Source of the DNA: Candidatus Omnitrophota bacterium
GTDB lineage: Bacteria > Ratteibacteria > UBA8468 > MWAK01
Reading direction: 5' to 3'
NCBI GenBank assembly: GCA_043826355.1
Contig: JBDRQI010000005.1
Coordinates: 64,001 to 128,000 of the forward strand
Length of the DNA: 64,000 bases
Made by a program: the position numbers and the translations under genes. Numbering within the stretch: position 1 is the first letter of the stretch; every line of letters starts with the position of its first letter. This document shows positions 9,808 through 19,085 of this stretch, piece by piece. Under the pieces are notes generated by a model that saw nothing but the letters and a program-made list of their open reading frames with translations, had not been told where the DNA came from and did not search any database.

Positions 9808-10517
9808 ACGATTTTGCTTTGAAAGCGATTATCGGATTTGGCAGGCGAAAAGAGCCTTTCCTTGTCAATAAAAGAACAGGTTACCCGATTCAAATGATTG
9901 CGCGCCGCCGCCACGGCCTCTTCCAATTCCTCGCGGGCGGGCGCCCGCCAAGGCCTGCCCGGAACCGGGAAATATCCCTGAACGTGAAAAGGTATGTTCC
10001 GGTCAAGACCGGCCAAAAACTTCGCCGCCGATTCAATTTCGTCCAGGTCTACCAGACCCGGTATCAAAATCATGTTTGCCTTTATCCGGATGCCTTCTTG
10101 AAAAGCGCGGACCAGGTTATCGAAAACTCTTTTCCGGGAAACCCCGGTAACCCGCATGTGGGTCTCTTCTGAAAATGCCTTGAGCCCGATGTTGGCCGCA
10201 TCCAGGTTATCAAGGGGCAAAAGAGAACCGTTGGTGTGCCCCAGCACGGTTTCAACCCCCAGGGTATCTTTGCAGAAAGAGAGCAGTTCGGGTAGTTCCC
10301 GATCAACGGTAGGTTCGCCGCCCAGAAAATGGACCCGGCTGGTTCTATCCCGGTATTCCAGGAGTATTTTTTGAACCTCTGCCCGTGATAAAAATTTCTC
10401 CGGAGCCGACGGCGTCTTCACCTGATAGACGCAGGTAAGGCAACGGAAATTACAACCCCGGTTATAAACGCAAATCCGGCGGAACTGTTCAGAATAAGTA
10501 ATCTTATGGAATGGCAT
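9798..10517 (-). CDS. Radical SAM protein (activase/AmmeMemoRadiSam-like)
   Basis: CNFRCLTC CX3CX2C motif, FLGGEPT, HTNGS, IPFH. Confidence 0.88.
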   Translation of the reverse strand: MPFHKITYSEQFRRICVYNRGCNFRCLTCVYQVKTPSAPEKFLSRAEVQKILLEYRDRTSRVHFLGGEPTVDRELPELLSFCKDTLGVETVLGHTNGSLLPLDNLDAANIGLKAFSEETHMRVTGVSRKRVFDNLVRAFQEGIRIKANMILIPGLVDLDEIESAAKFLAGLDRNIPFHVQGYFPVPGRPWRAPAREELEEAVAAARNHLNRVTCSFIDKERLFSPAKSDNRFQSKIVWP

Positions 10518-11409
10518 CCTGACTCCAATCGGAAATTATCCGGCTGATTAATTCAACGCCTTCAACGGCTTTCGGCCCCGGGGTAATCAGTTCGTTGGGA
10601 ATTCTGAATACCTTTCCGTTGCGCACGGCTTTAATGCCGGTCCAGCCGGGCCGGCCGATGATATCTTCCCTACTCCCGCTTACCCCGGTGAAAATAATAA
10701 TGTCCGGGTCCGATTTAATAATCTGCTCCGCGGAAATCAGGGGGTAGTCCATTTTAAAAAGAGCGCCCAGATTGCGGCCTCCGGAAATTTTAATAATCTG
10801 ATCCGTGAAAGTACCCGGGCCCGCCGTTTTGAACGGGGTGTTAAGTTCAAAATAGACCAGGGGCGTCTGTCCGGTCGAAGATACCCGTATCCCGTCCAAC
10901 CGGTCCTTCAATTCTTCCACCAGCCGTCGAGCCCGGTATTCGCAACCCAGAAAACGGCCGAGCCGCTCCGCAAGCAAAAAAACATCCTCAATCTTTTGGG
11001 GATGGTAGGTCAGGTGATTTATGCCGAACCTTTGCAGACTTTCAATCAATTGTTCCTGATACCACCAGACAATCACCAGGTCCGGATCCAGATGAAGTAT
11101 CTTTTCCAGTGAGAACACCGCGTTTTGGGAGATAACCTCTTTGTTGTGAAACTCCGGCGCGGTTTCCCGGCTGTACCGGTCAATCCCGACCACGGATTTT
11201 TCGGCACCGAGCAAATGCAGGATCTGGGAAGAAGGCAAAGTAAGACTGACTATCCACGCAGAACACGCTTCGGAAAAAATGGTTTTTCCCCCGGTCCGGC
11301 CGGATCGCGGAGTTTCGCTCCGGCGGTAATGCGCGACCAGCAAAAACGCGGTTAAGGCAATCGCCGCTCCAACCAGAAAAACGCTTTTTTTGATCAGTAT
11401 TCGGGACAT
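10504..11409 (-). CDS. Periplasmic helical-backbone binding protein (BtuF-like)
   Basis: N-terminal TM, VVGID, EKIL..DPDLV, GGRN, AVRNGKV, PGP motifs. Confidence 0.85.
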   Translation of the reverse strand: MSRILIKKSVFLVGAAIALTAFLLVAHYRRSETPRSGRTGGKTIFSEACSAWIVSLTLPSSQILHLLGAEKSVVGIDRYSRETAPEFHNKEVISQNAVFSLEKILHLDPDLVIVWWYQEQLIESLQRFGINHLTYHPQKIEDVFLLAERLGRFLGCEYRARRLVEELKDRLDGIRVSSTGQTPLVYFELNTPFKTAGPGTFTDQIIKISGGRNLGALFKMDYPLISAEQIIKSDPDIIIFTGVSGSREDIIGRPGWTGIKAVRNGKVFRIPNELITPGPKAVEGVELISRIISDWSQDAIP

Positions 11410-12011
11410 AGTTCCCAATCAAGCCTTTCCGTTTTGGCAAACCAGCTTACGCCTCCGTCATAGCGCAGGCCGTTAAAGCCCCCGAGGTGCCGATAACCGA
11501 CCCAGGGCACCGGTTCTGAAAATGTGGAACCACTTCCGACATAGTAGGGGGTTCCGGTGGTGTGAATACCGACATCGGCAACAACGATAACCTGGGAATT
11601 GCACACATTGGCGTCCGGCACCGAATACCAGAAACAGCGGGTGTTGTCTCCGGAAAAGTTGTAGGTATTCATTCCATAGGAGAGCGTTATATCAGGATCG
11701 TGCTGGGAGAGGATGGGAGGTATCTGGGACGGGCAATGGTAGACCGCGTAAGTCTGGAGATAGGGTTTAATGTTGTGCATCCAATATATTCCGGAAGCGA
11801 CGTAGATGCGCGTATTCCAGCCCTCATAATCCATCCGGTACATTGCCAGGGCAAGGCCTATCTGTTTCAGGTTGTTTATGCACGAAACCTGCCTCGCCTT
11901 TTCCCTTGCCCGGCTGAGCGCCGGCAGGAGCAGTGAAGCCAGAATGGCGATAATCGCGATAACTACCAGCAGTTCAATCAGGGTAAATCCGGTCTTCCTG
12001 CCTGCGCTCAA
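11394..12011 (-). CDS. Prepilin-type N-terminal cleavage/methylation protein (DUF1559, H-X9-DG)
   Basis: [52 protein letters not shown]. Confidence 0.9.
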   Translation of the reverse strand: MSAGRKTGFTLIELLVVIAIIAILASLLLPALSRAREKARQVSCINNLKQIGLALAMYRMDYEGWNTRIYVASGIYWMHNIKPYLQTYAVYHCPSQIPPILSQHDPDITLSYGMNTYNFSGDNTRCFWYSVPDANVCNSQVIVVADVGIHTTGTPYYVGSGSTFSEPVPWVGYRHLGGFNGLRYDGGVSWFAKTERLDWELCPEY

Positions 12012-12063
12012 ACCTGTCTCCTTAAATTTTAAGCGTTTCCGGAATAAAAATTTTTGTATTACT

Positions 12064-12093
12064 ATTATAAAATACGTGCTACGAATTTGTCAA
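12064..12093 (-). promoter_or_regulatory. Sigma70 promoter TTGACA-18-TATAAT of the prepilin/transport operon
   Basis: TGTCAA 12088-12093 and ATTATA 12064-12069 on + strand. Confidence 0.65.
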
Positions 12094-12152
12094 AGCAGTC
12101 AGCGCTCCGCAAAAAACAGCTCTGTTGGCTGGCAGCGCGGGGAAATTTATTT

Positions 12153-12204
12153 TTGACAGAAACGAAAAAGGAATGTTAATATAAATAGAAATGGTTTCTA
12201 TTTA
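12153..12204 (+). promoter_or_regulatory. Promoter (TTGACA ... TGnTAATAT) with Zur-box-like operator
   Basis: Perfect palindrome TAAATAGAAA-TGG-TTTCTATTTA at 12182-12204, similar to Bacillus Zur box TAAATCGTAATnATTACGATTTA. Confidence 0.8.
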
Positions 12205-12218
12205 AAAATGGGGGGACG

Positions 12219-12641
12219 GTGAAAGAATACCGGAAAAAATTGAAAAAGAACGGCTTTAAGATTACGCCCAAGAGAGAAGCGATTATCGCTTTCTTTTCCC
12301 GGAAAAACCGTTACGCCACTCCGGAAACGGTCTGGAAAGAAGTTAAGAAATCTCTGCCGCAACTGGGCCTGCCGACCGTGTACCGCAACTTGGAGCAGAT
12401 GCGTAAAATCGGCATCCTGACACAGGTTGAAGGAACGGAAAACCGTTTCTATTTCGGACTCTGCCGAGCCGAAAACCCGGGCGAGCATCATCACCATATT
12501 AGTTGCCAAAAATGTCACCGGGTCAGCGAAGTGGAAAGTTGTTATTTGGAATCGTTAAGAAAGGAAATAAAGAAAAAAACCGGTTTTCTGATTACCAATC
12601 ATAAACTTCAATTGACCGGCGTCTGCCGGAATTGCCAGTAA
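12219..12641 (+). CDS. zur: Zinc uptake regulator (Fur family)
   Basis: GLPTVYRNL, HHHHISCQKC, GVCRNC; heads znuACB-like operon. Confidence 0.82.
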   Translation: MKEYRKKLKKNGFKITPKREAIIAFFSRKNRYATPETVWKEVKKSLPQLGLPTVYRNLEQMRKIGILTQVEGTENRFYFGLCRAENPGEHHHHISCQKCHRVSEVESCYLESLRKEIKKKTGFLITNHKLQLTGVCRNCQ

Positions 12642-12656
12642 AAAAAGGGGCTGCTG

Positions 12657-13583
12657 ATGAAAACAGGATGGCGGATAATTTTTTTAGTGGTGCTGGTCAT
12701 CGCCGGGGTCTGGTTGCTTATGACTTTCGTACCGAGAAAATCACAACCAGCCAAAACGGCGCCCGGCGGAGATAGATTAAAAGTAATCGCGACCATCTTC
12801 CCGCTGGCCGACATCGCCAAACAGGTCGGCGGCGAAAGGGTAAACGTAATCACCATCCTGCCAATCGGAGCCAGTCCTCATACTTTCGAACCCGCCCCGC
12901 AACAAATGAAAGAATTGTCCGATTCCAAACTTTTTTTGAAAGTAGGCGCGGGGCTTGACTTCTGGGCTGACAATATTATTAAATCGGCGAGTCAGCCGGA
13001 TTTAAAAACCGTAGTCGCTTCCGAAGGCATTCATCTTATTGAGGGTGACGAGCACGGGCACGAACACGAAAACGGCAATCCACATATCTGGCTTGACCCG
13101 GTTCTGGTAAAAAGAATTGTAGATAAAATTGAAAAATCCCTGGTAATTCTTGACCCGGAGGGGGCAATTTACTATCAAAAAATGGCAACGGATTATCTTC
13201 AGGAACTTGACCGGCTGGATGCAGAAATCAAAAAGAAGGTAGCCGGATTCAGGGTCAGGAAATATATTACTTTTCACCCGGCCTGGGCCTACTTCGGATT
13301 GCGTTACGGGATTAAAGAAGCCGGCGTAATTGAAGAAACCCCTGGTCGGGAACCTACCCCAAGACAGGTTAAAGCAATCATTGACAACATCAGGAAATCA
13401 GGCATAAAAGCGGTCTTCGCCGAACCTCAATTCTCTTCAAGAACCGCCGAAGCGATTGCCGAAAATACCGGAGCGAAAGTTCTCTTCCTGGACCCGATAG
13501 GCAACCCGGAAGTTCCGGACCGAAATACCTACCTGAACTTGATGCGGTATAATTTAAAAGTAATGAAAGAAGCGATGGAATGA
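12657..13583 (+). CDS. znuA: Zn/Mn ABC substrate-binding protein
   Basis: SPHTFEP, His-rich loop DEHGHEHE, NPHIWLDP, LDP motif. Confidence 0.9.
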   Translation: MKTGWRIIFLVVLVIAGVWLLMTFVPRKSQPAKTAPGGDRLKVIATIFPLADIAKQVGGERVNVITILPIGASPHTFEPAPQQMKELSDSKLFLKVGAGLDFWADNIIKSASQPDLKTVVASEGIHLIEGDEHGHEHENGNPHIWLDPVLVKRIVDKIEKSLVILDPEGAIYYQKMATDYLQELDRLDAEIKKKVAGFRVRKYITFHPAWAYFGLRYGIKEAGVIEETPGREPTPRQVKAIIDNIRKSGIKAVFAEPQFSSRTAEAIAENTGAKVLFLDPIGNPEVPDRNTYLNLMRYNLKVMKEAME

Positions 13584-13591
13584 GAACGGAC

Positions 13592-13655
13592 GAGATTGCC
13601 GCGCCCTGAATACAGACAGGCGGGACGCCTGTTCTACTGAAGGGCTCGCAATGAC
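13592..13655. repeat. Nested palindromic element
   Basis: GAGATTGCCGCG...CTCGCAATGAC shell around ACAGGCGGGACGCCTGT hairpin; shell family recurs at about 57352. Confidence 0.65.
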
Positions 13656-13664
13656 GGAGTAAAG

Positions 13665-14447
13665 ATGGAAAATATCCTGCAAATCAAGGACCTGCGGGTA
13701 GTTCTTAACGGTAATCTTGTTTTGGACGGAATCAGCCTTAAGATGGAAGAAGCCACTTTTCTGTCACTGATCGGTCCCAACGGCGGCGGTAAGACAACTC
13801 TCCTTAAAGCCATTTTAGGATTAGTCCAACCTCTTTCCGGCAAAATCAGGGTCTTCGGGTTAAAACCCTCCCAGGTTAATAAAAAGATGGCCGGGATAAT
13901 CGGTTACGTTTCCCAGTCGCCTCTGTTTGACCCGGATTTTCCGGTATCCGCCTTTGACGTGGTTTTAATGGGTAACTACCGGAAGATCGGCCTGGGTCAC
14001 CGGGCAAATAAGACCGACCGAAAAAGAGCGTTGGAAAGTTTAGAACTGGTGGGAATGGAGTCGCTGGCCAACCGGCCCATCGGCCAGATGTCAGGCGGCC
14101 AGCAACAGCGCGTCTTTATCGCCCGCAGTCTTATCACCCGGCCCAAACTTCTGATTCTGGATGAGCCGACTACCGGAGTAGATGCCCTTTCCCAGGACCA
14201 GTTTTACCGACTGCTTAAGGAATTGCAAATAAAACTTTCCCTGTCCGTAATCCTGGTTTCTCACGATATCGGGCTGGTACCCAATTACTGCGACCAGGTT
14301 GCCTGTCTTAACCAACGCCTTTTTTTACACGGGAAACCGGCGGAAGTGCTTCACAGCGAGGCTTTACGCGAAGCTTACGGCTGTGAGGTTGACTTCCTCT
14401 TTCACGGAAAGATGCCGCACCGGGTAGTTGACCAACACGATGAGTGA
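13665..14447 (+). CDS. znuC: Zn/Mn ABC ATPase
   Basis: [31 protein letters not shown]. Confidence 0.9.
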   Translation: MENILQIKDLRVVLNGNLVLDGISLKMEEATFLSLIGPNGGGKTTLLKAILGLVQPLSGKIRVFGLKPSQVNKKMAGIIGYVSQSPLFDPDFPVSAFDVVLMGNYRKIGLGHRANKTDRKRALESLELVGMESLANRPIGQMSGGQQQRVFIARSLITRPKLLILDEPTTGVDALSQDQFYRLLKELQIKLSLSVILVSHDIGLVPNYCDQVACLNQRLFLHGKPAEVLHSEALREAYGCEVDFLFHGKMPHRVVDQHDE

Positions 14448-15231
14448 AATCCTTTCTTACGGGTTTATGCAGCGGGCTATCCTGGCCGGCGTCATAGTCG
14501 GCCTCCTCTGTTCCGTCCTCTCCTTATTTGTCGTGCTGAAGCGCCTCTCGTTCATCGGTGTCGGTATCTCTCATTCCGCCTTTGGCGGCGTAGCGCTCGG
14601 TTTTCTGCTGGGCATTGAACCGACCTGGACCGCCGCAATCTTCTGTATTTTAATCGCCCTTTTAATCGGATTGGTCAAACAACGGGGGAAAATTCAGGAA
14701 GATACCACCATCGGCATATTTTTTGCGGCCACGATGGCTTTCGGAATACTCCTGGTGGGTTTGAGCAAACGCTACAATATGGACCTCTTCGGGTACCTTT
14801 TCGGCAATATCCTGGCAATCAGCGCTTCGGATGTAAAAATGGTCGTTGCGGTAAGTATCGTTGTCCTGTCCGTAATCGCTGTCTTTTTCAAGGAGTTGTT
14901 ATTTTACAGTTTTGATGAAGCGATGGCAAAAGTTTCCGGCATTCCGACCGGATTTCTGAACTACCTGCTCCTGACGCTTCTGGCGCTGGTCACTGTGGTC
15001 TCAATCAAGGTGGTCGGCATTGTACTTGTCTCCGCGCTTCTGGTAATTCCGGGCGCTGCCGGCCGGCAGATTTCTTCCAACTACCGCGGCATGCTGGCGA
15101 TAGCGATTTTGGCAGGTTTGCTTGCAGTATCCGGCGGCCTGATTCTTTCTTACTTTCTTAATATACCTTCCGGTTCCACCATCGTACTTCTGGCAACCCT
15201 ATTCTTTTTCCTCTCTCTTCTAAAAAGATAA
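14440..15231 (+). CDS. znuB: Zn/Mn ABC permease
   Basis: FMQRA, ISHSAFGG, YLFGNIL, VGIVLVSALL. Confidence 0.9.
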   Translation: MSEILSYGFMQRAILAGVIVGLLCSVLSLFVVLKRLSFIGVGISHSAFGGVALGFLLGIEPTWTAAIFCILIALLIGLVKQRGKIQEDTTIGIFFAATMAFGILLVGLSKRYNMDLFGYLFGNILAISASDVKMVVAVSIVVLSVIAVFFKELLFYSFDEAMAKVSGIPTGFLNYLLLTLLALVTVVSIKVVGIVLVSALLVIPGAAGRQISSNYRGMLAIAILAGLLAVSGGLILSYFLNIPSGSTIVLLATLFFFLSLLKR

Positions 15232-15236
15232 AACCG

Positions 15237-15263
15237 CGGGCGGGGATGTAACCCCGCCCCTAC
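15237..15263 (-). repeat. GTAG-type REP-like palindrome between convergent genes
   Basis: Reverse complement GTAGGGGCGGGGTTACATCCCCGCCCG, nearly identical to 16172. Confidence 0.75.
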
Positions 15264-15305
15264 AATTTATTGATGTAAATTTACTTAATACATTTGGAGC
15301 GAAAA

Positions 15306-16160
15306 TTACATCAGGGATTTCTGGAATTCCTTCGCTTCATCCAAGGCCTTCAGAACGTACTCCCGGTCTCCTGCCTGCAGCGCGCTCTTCCATTCCGCCA
15401 ACATCTTCTCTAGGACCGACAGATTCTGCAGCAAATATTCCCGGTTGGTCAGGAAGACGTCCTGCCAGACTGAGGGCTCGCCTGCGGCGATACGGGTAAC
15501 GTCGCGAAAACCGGTGCCGAGGAACCTCTCCGGCTTTGCAACCGCCAGCCGCTTGACCGTCAGAGCAGCCAGAACCGCCAGGAGGTGGGGAATATGGCTG
15601 GTCGTTGCCAAAATCCGGTCGTGTTCTTCCGGAGAAAGCAGAAACACCCTGCTTCCCAAGCCTTCCCAGAACAATTGAACCTTCTTTAAATCCGACGGTC
15701 CAGTCTTGGATGTAGGCGTTAAAACCGTAACGCGGTTCTCAAAAAGGTTGGGGTCCGCGGCTTCCGGACCGTTTTGCTCAGACCCGGCAATCGGATGACC
15801 GCCGACAAAAGAGAAGTTGCCGGGCAGCGCATCCCCGGCAACTTTCAAGACCGCAGCCTTGGTACTGCAGGCATCCGTAATCAAACAACGTCTGCTTCCC
15901 AAAAAAGGAAGACCGGACTTCAAAAGTTCCAAAACCGCATTGATTGGCGCCGCCAGAATAATCAGGTCGGCGCCAACAAGGCCTTCACCCGGGTTAACGG
16001 TATAAGAATCAATTGCGTCAACAGCAGCGGCTTTTTTCAGCGATTCCAAGCGTCGGCCCACCCCAACCACTTCCTGCGCCATTTTCCGCGTTTTCAAACC
16101 GGCGCCGATAGACCCGCCGATTAGACCAACTCCGAATATCGCCACTTTTTTAAAAACCAT
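15306..16160 (-). CDS. tyrA: Prephenate/arogenate dehydrogenase
   Basis: GVGLIGGS, GGHPIAGSE, EHD...TSHIPH, DVTRIA; ORF-track N-terminal extension is translated repeat DNA. Confidence 0.92.
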   Translation of the reverse strand: MVFKKVAIFGVGLIGGSIGAGLKTRKMAQEVVGVGRRLESLKKAAAVDAIDSYTVNPGEGLVGADLIILAAPINAVLELLKSGLPFLGSRRCLITDACSTKAAVLKVAGDALPGNFSFVGGHPIAGSEQNGPEAADPNLFENRVTVLTPTSKTGPSDLKKVQLFWEGLGSRVFLLSPEEHDRILATTSHIPHLLAVLAALTVKRLAVAKPERFLGTGFRDVTRIAAGEPSVWQDVFLTNREYLLQNLSVLEKMLAEWKSALQAGDREYVLKALDEAKEFQKSLM

Positions 16161-16171
16161 GCGAGATTTTC

Positions 16172-16289
16172 GTAGGGGAGGGGTTATATCCCCGCCCGCG
16201 GGCTGAAAGTCCGCCTCAGGCGGGAGGGGACACAGTCCTTCCCCTACATTAAAAAATGGATTCCCGTTAACCATATACGGGAATGACAA
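16172..16289. repeat. Cluster of REP-like palindromes from three families
   Basis: GTAG dimer 16172-16247 containing TCCGCCTCAGGCGG, then GATTCCCG..CGGGAATGAC 16257-16289. Confidence 0.75.
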
Positions 16290-16299
16290 CGTTTTTGTA

Positions 16300-17055
16300 C
16301 TACTCCTTGGCCGGCGCTATCTTCTTCAAGAATGCGCTGAATAATTCCATCGGCAAGGGGAAGACCAGCGTTGAATTCTTCTCCGAAGCAATTTCGGTGG
16401 CAACCTGAAGGTAACGCAATTGGATGCCCAGCGGAGACTGTTCCAGGATTTTGGAAGCGGCCACCAGTTTTTCACTCGCCTGGAATTCACCCTCGGCCGC
16501 GATAATCTTCGCCCGCCGGTTCCGTTCCGCCTCGGCCTGACTGGCCATCGCCCGTTTCATCGTATCCGGCAATTCCACTTCCTTAACCTCTACGATGCTG
16601 ACCTTAACGCCCCAGGGGTCGGTCTGCTCGTCAATAATCTGCTGCAGCCGCTGATTAATCTTCTCCCGTTCCGAAAGCAGTTCGTCCAGTTCCGACTGGC
16701 CCAGGACGCCGCGCAGGGTCGTCTGGGCAATCTGCATCGTCGCCAATTGATAGTTTTCCACGTCAACCACCGCCTTGGACGGGTCCAGCACCCGGAAATA
16801 GATTACCGCATTGACCTTCACCGGAACGTTATCCTTGGTGATAATCTCCTGCGGGGTAACGTCAAAAGTAACGGTGCGCAAACTGATCTTGACCATCCGG
16901 TCCACAATCGGAACCAGGAAAAAAAGGCCCGGCCCCTTGGCGCCGATGAGACGTCCCAGCCGAAAAATTACGCCTCTTTCGTACTCATTGACAACCCGAA
17001 TCGTGTTGGCAAGAATAATCAAAACAACTACCCCCAAAAATACCCATGCACCCAT
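16300..17055 (-). CDS. SPFH/band 7 (slipin/stomatin) protein
   Basis: [30 protein letters not shown]. Confidence 0.93.
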   Translation of the reverse strand: MGAWVFLGVVVLIILANTIRVVNEYERGVIFRLGRLIGAKGPGLFFLVPIVDRMVKISLRTVTFDVTPQEIITKDNVPVKVNAVIYFRVLDPSKAVVDVENYQLATMQIAQTTLRGVLGQSELDELLSEREKINQRLQQIIDEQTDPWGVKVSIVEVKEVELPDTMKRAMASQAEAERNRRAKIIAAEGEFQASEKLVAASKILEQSPLGIQLRYLQVATEIASEKNSTLVFPLPMELFSAFLKKIAPAKE

Positions 17056-17056
17056 T

Positions 17057-17704
17057 TTACCTCCTATTTTGACATTCTTTGACCATCCCCCCCACCTTGC
17101 CTCCCCCACCAGGGGGGAAAAGTTCAGGATGGCAAGTTCTACTGCCGGGTTTTACCAGCGGAATCTGCTGCCGGCAGAACAAGCAGTCGTCCGGCGGAAA
17201 AGTGGTTAAAGGAAGCTGTAGGAGAACTTCCTTCCGCACCCCGAAATCCTTTGGTTGGCTGCTCCGCTCGGCAACCGCGGCCACTCCGCAGATTTCCGCC
17301 TGAAAAGATTTAACCAGCGTTATCACCTCCCGGATAGAACCACCGGTAGTGATTACATCTTCTACCACCAGGACCTTTTCTCCTTTCCGAATTTCAAAAC
17401 CGCGGCGCAAGGTAAAAACGCCTTCCTGCCGCTCGGCGAAGATTGCCCGGCTGCCTTTCAAACCTCCGGCCACCGCAAAAGCGATAACCACTCCGCCCAG
17501 GGCCGGGCCGATAACAACTGAAATGCGCTCACCCCGAAACCGGCTTGCCAATTCCCCGCCGAGTAAAAGAGCTGTGGCCGGCTCCTGCAAAACAAGGGCG
17601 GCCTGCAAATACCGATCGCTGTGGAGGCCGGAAGAAAGAAGAAAGTGGCCGGTCAGAAGAGCATTACTTTGCTCAAAAATTTTCAGAATTTCTGCTTGTT
17701 CCAC
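17057..17704 (-). CDS. pyrE: Orotate phosphoribosyltransferase
   Basis: [29 protein letters not shown]. Confidence 0.93.
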   Translation of the reverse strand: MEQAEILKIFEQSNALLTGHFLLSSGLHSDRYLQAALVLQEPATALLLGGELASRFRGERISVVIGPALGGVVIAFAVAGGLKGSRAIFAERQEGVFTLRRGFEIRKGEKVLVVEDVITTGGSIREVITLVKSFQAEICGVAAVAERSSQPKDFGVRKEVLLQLPLTTFPPDDCLFCRQQIPLVKPGSRTCHPELFPPGGGGKVGGMVKECQNRR

Positions 17705-17783
17705 CCTCCCCCTTCCCTCGCCCCCTCCCGCCTACGCCAAAGATTCGGCGGGCACAGCCCGCCAGCCAGGAGAGGAGAATTGG

Positions 17784-18932
17784 TTATTCATGTTTATAAA
17801 TCACCAGGCCGCTGGGAATTTTGGGATAAAAACAGGTGCTCTTGCGCGGCAGAATCACTTCCTTTTCCCAGACCTCGTGGAGCCGATTGGGCAAAAGAGG
17901 CGGCAGGAAAAAAGCGACCCCGCCTTCCCGGTGCACCATGTCCAAAAGCGATTGCGCGTCCGGGTCAAAAGAGACCTCGTCATCGCTCCGAGTAAGAATC
18001 TGATTGATAATTGTCCGTTGTAAAAAAGAAACCTCTAATTCCGCTCCTTTTTCTTCGGGAACGGCAAACCGGAAAAATTTACCGGCAACCGTTGCCCCGA
18101 GCCAGCCGGAAGAAAGGTTGCCCACCAAACTCCTCAAGTCCGGTTCCGGCTGGAATTGAAACCGTTCCCAAACCGGGGCGAGGTCCTGTTCCTTCAATCC
18201 GGGAAGATACCGGTGGAAAGGCAAAACCGTGGTGTCGTCCGAAAAGGAATTCAGAAAGTAAGTCAGAACAAATCCGCAGGATCTGTTCCCCTGCTGCATA
18301 AAATGCTGATAAGCGCTGCTGTAACGGTGGTGTCCGTCCGCGATAAAAACCTTCTGGCCGGCAAAAATTTCCGGCAACTCCGGAACCGGCCCTATCTTCC
18401 AGAGAGAAAATTTGACTCCGCGGTCGTCCTCATAAGCAATAAACGGCGGTTTCTTTTCCGCTTCGGCGGCAATCGTTTCCGCCGTCATTTTCCGGTCGCG
18501 GTAAAGGATGATAATCGGACAGAAATTAGCTTCCACTTCGCCGAGCAGTTGAAACTGTTCCTGCCGGATGCCGGGGATGGTCTCTTCGTGCGGATAGACA
18601 GAACCCTTTTTCAGTTCTTCCAGCCCGAGCAGCGCAACCAGTCCCCGGCCGACGCGCGGGAAACCGTTAAATTGGTAGTCCTGCCGGCACCAGTAAAACG
18701 CGGGTTTCTCATCCTGAAAAAAGACCGGCTGCTCCAGCCAGCTCCGAAAATCCCGTTTCGCCGCCGCAAAACTCTCCGGCAGGATAAGCCGCACAACGTT
18801 GTGGGAGCTGCGTTCCAGCAGACAATTTTTTTCTTCGGGTGAAATCACATCATACGGCGGCGCCAACAACCCCCAGTACGAATTCCGTTCGGGCCGGTAA
18901 AAGAATCCTTGAAAGGGGACAATTTTAGCCAT
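17784..18932 (-). CDS. DUF1015 family protein
   Basis: PPYDVIS, PHEET, IADGHHRY, KSTCFYPK. Confidence 0.9.
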   Translation of the reverse strand: MAKIVPFQGFFYRPERNSYWGLLAPPYDVISPEEKNCLLERSSHNVVRLILPESFAAAKRDFRSWLEQPVFFQDEKPAFYWCRQDYQFNGFPRVGRGLVALLGLEELKKGSVYPHEETIPGIRQEQFQLLGEVEANFCPIIILYRDRKMTAETIAAEAEKKPPFIAYEDDRGVKFSLWKIGPVPELPEIFAGQKVFIADGHHRYSSAYQHFMQQGNRSCGFVLTYFLNSFSDDTTVLPFHRYLPGLKEQDLAPVWERFQFQPEPDLRSLVGNLSSGWLGATVAGKFFRFAVPEEKGAELEVSFLQRTIINQILTRSDDEVSFDPDAQSLLDMVHREGGVAFFLPPLLPNRLHEVWEKEVILPRKSTCFYPKIPSGLVIYKHE

Positions 18933-18970
18933 AAGTTAACGGGATGCAGATTTACATAAATAAAAAATTC

Positions 18971-19053
18971 TGTCATACCCGCGTGTAGTAAACGGGGATA
19001 CAGGAAAAAGTTACGAGTAGTTTAGATTCCCGCTTACGACGTGCGGGAATGAT
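18971..19053. repeat. Inverted dimer of GTCAT..CCCGC/GCGGGAAT palindromes (REPIN-like)
   Basis: TGTCATACCCGCG..CGGGGATA and AGATTCCCGCTTACGACGTGCGGGAATGAT. Confidence 0.72.
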
Positions 19054-19085
19054 AATCTTTTACTAACTGTCAGTGCCAAGAATTA

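Noticed and set aside
12012..12063. Cobalamin riboswitch before the Btu-like operon
   Set aside because: Leader is too short and has no B12-box motif.
16161..16289. N-terminal extensions in the ORF track (tyrA; also glgA, comEA, 57044-57169)
   Set aside because: They translate repeats or promoter DNA; better starts lie downstream.
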